Positions 1 through 6,522 of a DNA stretch of 13,207 bases are shown here, one piece after another (positions within the stretch are counted from its first letter, which is position 1; each line of letters starts with the position of its first letter). The stretch is from contig JAMOPY010000041.1 of NCBI GenBank assembly GCA_027064305.1, positions 1-13,207 of the forward strand. Direction: 5' to 3'. Source of the DNA: Methanobacteriota archaeon (GTDB lineage Archaea; JAADCQ01; Methanopyri; Methanopyrales; Methanopyraceae). A program made the position numbers and the translations under genes. The notes beneath the pieces were generated by a model. The model worked only from the letters and a program-made list of their open reading frames with translations. It did no database searches and had not been told where the DNA came from.

Positions 1-231
1 GCCGTCGTCGGGTTCGCGTCCCTCGCGTGGTTCTCGCTCCGGTACGGGATGCCGAGGTGGCTCCTGGCGATGACCGTGGCACCCGGGATGCTGGGTTCGG
101 TCCTCGTGGACGCGGTCATGCTCCGGATCGGGTTCTACAGGGTCCCGTGGGAGACCGCGCTCGCGTTGGTCGCGTACGGGGTGGCGTGGTGGTGGGGCCG
201 GCCCGGGCCATCCGGCCCGGGGTCCCGTTAG
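1..231 (+). CDS. Hypothetical membrane protein, 3' part (5'-truncated by the window edge)
   Basis: Frame 1 is open from base 1 (AVVGFASLAWFSLRYGMPRWLLAM...VAWWWGRPGPSGPGSR) to TAG at 229-231, with 2-3 hydrophobic segments. The track ORF 49..231 is an internal part of it. Confidence 0.6.
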   Translation, partial: AVVGFASLAWFSLRYGMPRWLLAMTVAPGMLGSVLVDAVMLRIGFYRVPWETALALVAYGVAWWWGRPGPSGPGSR

Positions 232-245
232 GGTTCCCCCGGGCC
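214..245 (-). promoter_or_regulatory. Archaeal SECIS element in the 3' UTR of vhuU
   Basis: The minus strand reads GGCCCGGGG-GAA-CCC-TAAC-GGG-A-CCCCGGGCC. This is a 9-bp GC stem, a GAA/A internal loop, three C-G pairs and a 4-nt apical loop, matching the archaeal SECIS consensus. It starts 17 nt after the vhuU stop. Confidence 0.92.
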
Positions 246-262
246 CTCATCGGCCGGGGGCG

Positions 263-388
263 TTAGTCCTGGCGCTTCTTGACCCGGATCTTGACCTGCT
301 CCAGCGTGTGGGCCGCGCACGACAGTCAGATGTCGTAGCTCCGGATGATCATCTCGAGGTAGTTTAGCACGTCCTTCTTCTCGGCCAT
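263..388 (-). CDS. vhuU: F420-non-reducing [NiFeSe] hydrogenase selenoprotein subunit VhuU (41 aa, Sec at codon 21)
   Basis: Manual translation gives MAEKKDVLNYLEMIIRSYDI-U(TGA 326-328)-LSCAAHTLEQVKIRVKKRQD-TAA. It carries the hydrogenase C-terminal D-x-[C/U]-x-x-C-x-x-H motif that the upstream large subunit lacks. A GAGGGGG RBS-like site lies upstream and a SECIS lies downstream. It is absent from the ORF track. Confidence 0.95.
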
Positions 389-407
389 CGGCTCAACCCC
401 CTCGGGC

Positions 408-1715
408 CTATTCGGCGAGTTTGACGAGCTCGTCCTCGAGCTTCTTCGCGGCGTCGCGCAGGGCCATCTCGATCGCGGGCACGTTGTGCGTGGTGGCCAC
501 GATCAGGTTGGCCTCGGTGACGCGGCCCTCCTCGTCCGTCTTGTAGTGGTGGATCAGCGTGCCGCGCGGGGCCTCCACGATGCCGACCCCGTCTCCCTCC
601 TGCGGCTCGTAGTCCTCCTTGCACTCGTCCTCCTCCGTGATCACGTCGTCCTCGAGCAGCATCTTGGCCTCCTCGCACGCCGCCACGAGCTCGATCACCC
701 GGGCCCAGTTGATCGTGAGCGAGTAGTTCACGCACTCCCCGAACTCGTCCACGTACTCCTCGTAGAGCTCCTGGGCCCGGTCCGTCTTCATCTCCTCGCA
801 CACGTTCAGCCGGGCGCCCGGCCCGACGCGGTAGATCCCGTCCGGGTACCCGACCTCCTTCAGGTACGGGTGCTTGACGTACGAGTACTCGATGGACCGC
901 TCGGCGATCACGTCCAGGTACTCGTCCGGCTGGAACCGCGTGAACTCGTTGCCCTCCGGGTCCACGACGCGGACCTCGCCGTCGTAGAACTCGTGCCGGT
1001 TCCCGTCCGCCACGAGGCCCATGTGGTACGTCTCGATGTTACCCAGCGTCTCCAGCAGGTCGAGGTCGTGCTTCTCCCGGTACTCCTCCAGCGTCTCCCG
1101 GATGGCCTCGATCCCGGCCTGGGCACCCTCGTAGGCCCTCTCCACCATCTCCTCCGCCCGGTTGAAGAGCTCGTCCCGGTCCTCCTCGTCCACGGGCGCG
1201 GAGACCCCGCCCGGGATGCCGGCGACCGGGTGGATCGCCTTGCCTCCCGTCGCCTCGACGATGTCCTGACCGAACCTGCGGAGCTCGATCGCGATCTTAC
1301 CGAGCTCCGGGTTCTCCTTCGCGATCTGGACCACGTTCCGCCGCAGCGGGTCGGCGTCCGGGCCGATCACGTAGTCCGGGGCGGCCAGGAAGTAGAAGTG
1401 CAGGGCGTGGCTGTGGATCATGTTGCCCAGGTGCATCAGCCAGCGGATCTTGTGACCGCCCTCGGGCGGCTCGACGTCGAAGCACCCGTCCACGGCCTTG
1501 CACGCGGCCAGGTGGTGCGCGGTCTGGCAGATCCCGCAGATGCGGGACACGATGTACGGGACCTCCTCCGCCGGCCGGCCCTGAACGAACTTCTCGAAGC
1601 CGCGGACGGCCAGGACGGCGAACTTGACGTCCTTGACCTCGCCGCCCTCCACCTCGATGATCACCTCTCCGTGTCCCTCCACCCTCGTCAGAGGGTGAAT
1701 CTTGATCTCGGACAC
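408..1715 (-). CDS. vhuA: F420-non-reducing hydrogenase large subunit (VhuA/MvhA family), split form lacking the C-terminal Ni-binding motif
   Basis: Motifs TRVEGHG, RGFE, SRICGICQTAHH (N-terminal Ni-binding CxxC) and EAPRGTLIHHY are present. The protein ends at ...ELVKLAE without DPCxxC. GTG start. Confidence 0.93.
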   Translation of the reverse strand: MSEIKIHPLTRVEGHGEVIIEVEGGEVKDVKFAVLAVRGFEKFVQGRPAEEVPYIVSRICGICQTAHHLAACKAVDGCFDVEPPEGGHKIRWLMHLGNMIHSHALHFYFLAAPDYVIGPDADPLRRNVVQIAKENPELGKIAIELRRFGQDIVEATGGKAIHPVAGIPGGVSAPVDEEDRDELFNRAEEMVERAYEGAQAGIEAIRETLEEYREKHDLDLLETLGNIETYHMGLVADGNRHEFYDGEVRVVDPEGNEFTRFQPDEYLDVIAERSIEYSYVKHPYLKEVGYPDGIYRVGPGARLNVCEEMKTDRAQELYEEYVDEFGECVNYSLTINWARVIELVAACEEAKMLLEDDVITEEDECKEDYEPQEGDGVGIVEAPRGTLIHHYKTDEEGRVTEANLIVATTHNVPAIEMALRDAAKKLEDELVKLAE

Positions 1716-1716
1716 C

Positions 1717-2625
1717 CTACTTACCCCCGATCACGTCCCGGTGTCCCTTCAGGATGGAGGACGCCAGGGAGAACATGTAGAGTCGTCCGGGCAGGTCCAC
1801 GAGACCCTCCAGGAGCTCCTCCACGTCCACGTCCGCCTCGAACGACACGGAGGCGAGCGCGTCCAGGAACGCGGCGCCCTGGTCCACGGCCTCCTCCGTG
1901 GGACCGTTGCAGCCGCGGCACGGCAGTCCTCGGGACGGGCACGCCGCCTCGCACCCGGCCCGGGTCGCCGGGCCCAGGCACGGGTACCCCTGCTCCAGGA
2001 GGCACTTGTCCGGGTCCGGCCTCCCCTGACCGGTCCGGAACTTGATCTCCTCGATGGGCTTGTCCTCCTTCTCCCGGGGGCACTCCTCGCAGAGGTTGGT
2101 CCTCGGGAGCTCCGGCTCCCGGTCCTCCAGCAGCGCCGTCACGATCTCCGCGATGGCGTCCGGCTTGGGCGGGCAGCCCGGGACCATGTAGTCGACGTCG
2201 ATGACCTCGCCGAGCGGCCTCACGTACTCGAAGAGCTTCGGGACGACCTCGCTGGGAACCTCGCCCTCGTCGTCGGTGCTGTGTGACTCCTCGTACACCC
2301 ACTTGAGCAGCTCCTCCCGGTCGTACAGGTTGGCCAGCCCGTGCACGCCCCCGAAGCACGCGCACGTGCCCACGGCCACGACGACCTCGGCGGCCTCCCG
2401 GAGCTCCTCCGCCACCTCCAGGTCCTCCTCGTTCCGGATGCTCCCCTCGATGAGGGCGACGTCGATCTCCTCGGGGATCTCCTTCTGATCCAGCACCACG
2501 TAGCAGTACTGGAGATCGATGGCGTCCTCCAGGAGGTCAAGCAGCCGCTCGTGCAGGTCCAGCAGCGACACGTGACAGCCCACGCAGGAGGACAGCTGCG
2601 CGGTCGCGACGGTGGCCTTGCCCAT
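1717..2625 (-). CDS. vhuG: F420-non-reducing hydrogenase small (Fe-S) subunit (VhuG/MvhG family)
   Basis: Motifs SSCVGC, IEGSIRN, VGTCACFGG, VPGCPP, LCEECPR, CLLEQGYPCLGPATRAGC and CRGCNGP are present. It lies directly upstream of vhuA (1-nt gap). Confidence 0.93.
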   Translation of the reverse strand: MGKATVATAQLSSCVGCHVSLLDLHERLLDLLEDAIDLQYCYVVLDQKEIPEEIDVALIEGSIRNEEDLEVAEELREAAEVVVAVGTCACFGGVHGLANLYDREELLKWVYEESHSTDDEGEVPSEVVPKLFEYVRPLGEVIDVDYMVPGCPPKPDAIAEIVTALLEDREPELPRTNLCEECPREKEDKPIEEIKFRTGQGRPDPDKCLLEQGYPCLGPATRAGCEAACPSRGLPCRGCNGPTEEAVDQGAAFLDALASVSFEADVDVEELLEGLVDLPGRLYMFSLASSILKGHRDVIGGK

Positions 2626-2656
2626 GGAGAACGCGTCCCTGGGCGGTCCGACGCGC

Positions 2657-2670
2657 TGAATTTAATACGA
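2657..2670. promoter_or_regulatory. Candidate TATA box in the divergent vhuG/ECF intergenic region
   Basis: TGAATTTAATACGA is a conspicuous AT-rich island in GC-rich DNA. It reads TTTAATA on + and TATTAAAT on -, and lies about 35 nt upstream of the vhuG ATG. Confidence 0.55.
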
Positions 2671-2732
2671 GAACGGCATTAGAGTTCCTGATGGTGCCCA
2701 TCATCGAACCGGGGGGACGGGCGATAGCCCAC

Positions 2733-3311
2733 GTGCACCTGCCGGACGGCATGATCCCGCTGCGCTGGTGCGCCCTCTGCTACGGCCTCGCGGGCTCCGT
2801 TGTCGCCCTAGGGATCTATAAGATGCCGCGCGAGCGGCTCGTCCCGGCCGGGCTCCTCGCCGGCCTCTCCTTCGCGCTGATGCAGGTGCCCATCCTGCAC
2901 GCTCATATTAACCTCACAGGGTTGATAGGAATCCTGATGGGCCCGCTGGCCTCGGCCCCGATCGTCTTCCTGGTCAACCTGGCGTGCGGGCTGCTCGGAC
3001 ACGGTGGAATCACCCTGGTGGGGCTGAACACGCTGCTGAACTGGTCCGAGTGCGCGGGCGCGTGGGCCCTGTACCGGGCCCTTCGGGGCGCGATCGGGGC
3101 CAGACTCGCCGCCGGGATCGCCACCTTTACGGTCCTGTCCACCACGGCCCTCGTCGCCGCGCTCATCGTCGCGCGGGTCGTCGGCCGGTCCCCTTACTAC
3201 TTCCTGATCACCCTCACGCCGAGCTGGATCCTAACGGCGGCGATCGAGGCCCCGATCACGGCCTCGGCCGTGGCCGCGCTGGAGAGGATGACGCCGGAGT
3301 GGGTGCGCTGA
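2733..3311 (+). CDS. cbiM: Ni/Co ECF transporter substrate-binding component (CbiM/NikM family)
   Basis: A GTG start at 2733 gives the family N-terminus MHLPDG. The protein has a second His region (HAHINLTGLIGILMGP), GHGGITLVGLN and multiple TM helices. The track start at 2691 is probably too long. Confidence 0.85.
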   Translation: MHLPDGMIPLRWCALCYGLAGSVVALGIYKMPRERLVPAGLLAGLSFALMQVPILHAHINLTGLIGILMGPLASAPIVFLVNLACGLLGHGGITLVGLNTLLNWSECAGAWALYRALRGAIGARLAAGIATFTVLSTTALVAALIVARVVGRSPYYFLITLTPSWILTAAIEAPITASAVAALERMTPEWVR

Positions 3312-3314
3312 GCG

Positions 3315-4010
3315 TTGCGTGTGGAGGAGATCCTGGAGTGGTCGCTCACCGCGAACACCGCGCTCCATCGGGTGGACCCGGCGACCAAGCTGGGCTGCCT
3401 GTCCGCCACCCTCCTGGCCCTGCTGCTGGTGCGGGACCCGTGGGGAGCGCTGCTGCTGTCCCTACCGTACCTGATCGGCGCGCTCGCTGCCCGGGTACCC
3501 TGGGGCTCCATGGCGCGCCTCTCGGTCGTCCCGCTCGGCTTCCTCGGGGCGATCCTCGCGCTAATGCTTCCCACCGGCGTACCCGCGCGCGAGGTCGCCC
3601 TCTACGCGGCCCGCGGGTTCACCGCGCTGCTGGCGACGCTGCTCGTCGCCTTCACCACCCCGTTCAACGCCCTATGGTCCTCGATCGCGAGCCTGATGCC
3701 CGGACGCCTGGCGGAGATGGCGCTGCTGTTTCACCGGTCCCTGTACGGGATGATCGACGACCTGAACGGGCTTCTGAGGGCGGCCCGGATGCGGGGGGCC
3801 CGGCCCGGACCCCGCCTGATCGGGGTGCTCGTGGCGACCCTGCTCGCCCGGAGTCACGAGTCCGCGCGGAGGCTGATGGCGAGCCTGGAGGTGCGGGGAG
3901 CCCGCGGGAGGGTGCGCCCGCTCCGTCGTCCGCGCCCGTCCCGGGAGGACGCGGCGTGGACGCTGCTCACGCTGCTCTCGATCGCGCTCGCGCTCCTGAG
4001 GGGGGTGTGA
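3315..4010 (+). CDS. cbiQ: ECF transporter transmembrane T component (CbiQ/NikQ family)
   Basis: It has LHRVDPATKL, hydrophobic helices, TTPF, and the Arg motifs ARMRG and LEVRG. It lies between the M and ATPase genes. TTG start. Confidence 0.85.
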   Translation: MRVEEILEWSLTANTALHRVDPATKLGCLSATLLALLLVRDPWGALLLSLPYLIGALAARVPWGSMARLSVVPLGFLGAILALMLPTGVPAREVALYAARGFTALLATLLVAFTTPFNALWSSIASLMPGRLAEMALLFHRSLYGMIDDLNGLLRAARMRGARPGPRLIGVLVATLLARSHESARRLMASLEVRGARGRVRPLRRPRPSREDAAWTLLTLLSIALALLRGV

Positions 4011-4026
4011 CGGGATCGGTTACGCG

Positions 4027-4848
4027 GTGAAAATCGAGTGCCTGGAGCACGAGTACCCCGACGGCACCCGCTCCGTGTGCGGGCTGACCCTGAAGGTTCG
4101 GGAGGGCGAGTCGGTGGTCGTCCTGGGCCCGAACGGGTCCGGCAAGACCACGCTGCTGCACCACGTGATCGGGCTGCTGGAGCCCAAGGATGGATACATC
4201 GAGGTGCTGGGGCACGAGCTGCCCGAAGAAGTCCACCGGGTGCGGGAGAGGATGGGCGTCGTGTTTCAGGACGTGGACGACCAGCTGATCATGCCCAGCG
4301 TGCTGGAGGACGTGGCCTTCGGGCTAGTCAATCAGGGCGTGCCCCGGAGGGAGGCCTTCGAGCGGGCGGAGCGGGTGCTGCGGGAGCTGGGCATCGAGCA
4401 CCTGAGGGATCGACCGCCCCAGTTCCTGAGCGGGGGTCAGAAGAAGCTCGTGGCGCTCGCGGGCGCGGTGGTCACGGAGCCCGACCTGCTGGTGCTGGAC
4501 GAGCCGACCTCCGGGCTGGACTACCGGGCCACGCGGAGGTTCGTGCGGCTGATCTCCGAGCTGAAGGAGCGGATGGACTTCACCCTGATCCTCACGACGT
4601 TCGACGTCGACGTGGCGGCCGAGCTGGCGGATCGGGTGGTGGTGCTCAAGCGGGGGAACGTGGTCGCCGAGGGGCCGCCCCGGAGGGTGCTCACCGACGT
4701 GGATCTAATGCGTTCCTCCGGCTTGAAGCCGCCGGAGCACGTGGAGCTGCTGCGGGAGCTGGGCGTGAAGCGGCCGCCGCTGGATCTAACGGAGGCGAAG
4801 AAGGTGCTGCGGGAGCTGGTGGGGGAGAGGCTAGATGGAGGCCCGTAG
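4027..4848 (+). CDS. cbiO: ECF transporter ATPase (CbiO/NikO/EcfA family)
   Basis: Walker A GPNGSGKTT, Q-loop VFQD, signature LSGGQKK and Walker B LLVLDEP are present. The H-loop reads TTFD rather than THD. Confidence 0.9.
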   Translation: MKIECLEHEYPDGTRSVCGLTLKVREGESVVVLGPNGSGKTTLLHHVIGLLEPKDGYIEVLGHELPEEVHRVRERMGVVFQDVDDQLIMPSVLEDVAFGLVNQGVPRREAFERAERVLRELGIEHLRDRPPQFLSGGQKKLVALAGAVVTEPDLLVLDEPTSGLDYRATRRFVRLISELKERMDFTLILTTFDVDVAAELADRVVVLKRGNVVAEGPPRRVLTDVDLMRSSGLKPPEHVELLRELGVKRPPLDLTEAKKVLRELVGERLDGGP

Positions 4849-5509
4849 GCTGCCGTACCCGGAGGTGGATCTGGAGGGTGAGGTCGTGCTGCTTCCCGTG
4901 GGCAGCACGGAGCAGCACGGGCCGCACCTACCGCTCGGCACGGATCACCTGATCGCGGCGGCGATCTGCCGGGAGGTCTCGCGCCGGACGGGGGCTCCCT
5001 GGTACCCGGCGATCCCGTACGGCGTCTCCCGGCACCACCTGGGGTTTCCCGGGACCGTGTCCCTGAGGACGGGCACCATGATCCGGCTGCTCCGGGACGT
5101 GCACCGGTCGTTCCTGCACCACGGGGCCGCCGCCACCCTGGCGATCAACGGGCACGGGGGGAACGAGCCCGCGCTGGGGGCGGTGGCCGAGGAGGAGGAG
5201 CGGTTCCATTGGGTGAGCTGGTGGCGGCTGGCCCCGGAGGAGGAACTGGAGACGGACTGGGGCGGGCACGCGGACGAGCTGGAAACCTCGGTGATGCTGT
5301 ACCTGTACCCGGAGCTGGTTCGGGAGGATCGGATGGTCAAGGACGGGCGCCGGACCGAGGTGTGGGAGTACCCGGACTTCCACGAGATCTCGGAGACGGG
5401 GGTTAAGGGGGACCCGCGGCCGGCGGATCGGGAGAAGGGGAGGCGGATCTTCCGGGAGGTGGTGCGCCGGACGTGCGAGATCGTGGAGCGGCTGCGGGAC
5501 CGGGGCTAA
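4835..5509 (+). CDS. Creatininase/creatinine amidohydrolase family protein
   Basis: Metal-binding motifs PVGSTEQHGPHLPLGTD, NGHGGN and GHADELETS are present. It overlaps the end of cbiO by 14 nt. Confidence 0.88.
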   Translation: MEARRLPYPEVDLEGEVVLLPVGSTEQHGPHLPLGTDHLIAAAICREVSRRTGAPWYPAIPYGVSRHHLGFPGTVSLRTGTMIRLLRDVHRSFLHHGAAATLAINGHGGNEPALGAVAEEEERFHWVSWWRLAPEEELETDWGGHADELETSVMLYLYPELVREDRMVKDGRRTEVWEYPDFHEISETGVKGDPRPADREKGRRIFREVVRRTCEIVERLRDRG

Positions 5510-5829
5510 GAGATGCGCTCCTCGACCCTCTCCGATAGCCTCTTGACGGCCTCCACTTCCTCCTCGCTCAGCTCCAGCTCGGCCAGCTTTTTCGTCCGCT
5601 CCCAGCCAGGGTACTTGGAGGTTCCCAGCCGCCGGGAGCGGCGCAAGGTATAGACGGTCACCCGAGCCCCGTCCTCGCCCTCCTCCACGACCACCTCGTA
5701 CCTGCCGCCCGTGTGAAGGATGCTCTGCATCTGCTTCGCCACGCTGGAGAGCTCGCCCGGCAGCTCCTCGAGTTCCTCCTTCCGACCATACCGGGCCAGG
5801 TTCTCCAGCGCCTCCTCGAGCTCCGTCAT
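5506..5829 (-). CDS. Hypothetical charged protein (107 aa)
   Basis: ATG at 5827-5829 follows a GAGGG stretch. The translation MTELEEALENLARYGRKEELEE...ERVEERIS has the Glu/Arg-rich composition of the real genes in this window. It fills the gap between the creatininase gene and rnhB, and is the real part of the track ORF 5506..6483. Confidence 0.7.
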   Translation of the reverse strand: MTELEEALENLARYGRKEELEELPGELSSVAKQMQSILHTGGRYEVVVEEGEDGARVTVYTLRRSRRLGTSKYPGWERTKKLAELELSEEEVEAVKRLSERVEERIS

Positions 5830-5871
5830 CCCTCGACCCCGCCGCCACCCGGCCGGCCGGGGGTTCAAAAG

Positions 5872-6507
5872 GTGCGCGGGGTGCTGGGGATCGACGAGGC
5901 GGGTCGAGGGCCCGTGTTCGGCCCCATGGTCGTGGCCGGCGTTCTGGGGCCCGACGAGCGTCCGGGCATCGGCGCCCGAGACTCCAAGCGAATGACCCCG
6001 AGCGCCCGCCGGCGGAAGTTGTTGGAGATCCTCCGGGACGAGCGGCTGACAGTCGACGTGGAGATCGTCTGGCCCTGGGAGATCGACGAGGAGGGCGTCA
6101 ACGAGGCCGAGCTCCGGGCGATGAGCGCGTTGATCCGCCGGCACCGCCCGGACCTGGCCCTCGTCGACAAGCCCGGCAACTACGATCCGGACCGGGTCCG
6201 ACGGGCGCTGCGGCCCCCGCGGGGAGTGACGGTCATCGCGGAGGACCGGGCGGACGAGCGCTACGAGATCGTCTCGGCCGCGTCCATCGTGGCCAAGACG
6301 TACCGGGACTGGATCGTTCGGCTGCTGGAGCTGGAGTTCGGGGTCGAGGTCGGATCCGGCTACCCCTCCGACCCGCGCACCGTGCGGGCCCTGCGCCGGG
6401 AGCTGCGGCGGAAGGGACCACTGCTCGAGTACTTCCGACGGTCGTGGAGCACCTACGACCGACTCGCCTCCGAGCTGGGCCAATCCACGCTCGACGAGTT
6501 CGTATGA
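5872..6507 (+). CDS. rnhB: Ribonuclease HII
   Basis: Motifs GIDEAGRGPVFGPMVVAG, DSK, VD, ADERYEIVSAASIVAK and GSGYPSDP are present, plus a C-terminal PIP-box-like QSTLDEFV. The start is placed at GTG 5872 because the track's 5713 start overlaps the divergent gene. Confidence 0.93.
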   Translation: MRGVLGIDEAGRGPVFGPMVVAGVLGPDERPGIGARDSKRMTPSARRRKLLEILRDERLTVDVEIVWPWEIDEEGVNEAELRAMSALIRRHRPDLALVDKPGNYDPDRVRRALRPPRGVTVIAEDRADERYEIVSAASIVAKTYRDWIVRLLELEFGVEVGSGYPSDPRTVRALRRELRRKGPLLEYFRRSWSTYDRLASELGQSTLDEFV

Positions 6508-6522
6508 TCAGGGGGAGGGGAG

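Noticed and set aside
326-328. Reading the TGA as a pseudogene-causing nonsense mutation
   Set aside because: It sits exactly at a metal-ligand Cys position, the motif continues after it, and a canonical SECIS follows.
486-2286. Long plus-strand ORFs (486..2045, 1702..2286) antisense to vhuA/vhuG
   Set aside because: These are shadow ORFs caused by high GC and codon bias. They have no motifs and lie opposite clearly conserved genes.
2984-4952. Arg/Gly/Pro-rich alternate-frame ORFs (2984..4030, 4038..4952), and similarly 6444..7106 and 10190..11548
   Set aside because: They have the composition typical of off-frame translation of GC-rich genes and no recognisable domains.
5713-5871. N-terminal extension of RNase HII from the track start at 5713
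   Set aside because: It overlaps the divergent hypothetical gene, and family similarity begins at about 5872.
5830-6483. N-terminal 218 aa of the track ORF 5506..6483 (-)
   Set aside because: It is mostly antisense to rnhB. Only the part from ATG 5829 looks like a real protein.
6505-6507. Sec readthrough fusing RNase HII to the radical SAM protein
   Set aside because: The TGA follows a natural C-terminal PIP motif and is not at a Cys-equivalent position. I saw no SECIS, and an RBS-like site lies in the spacer.
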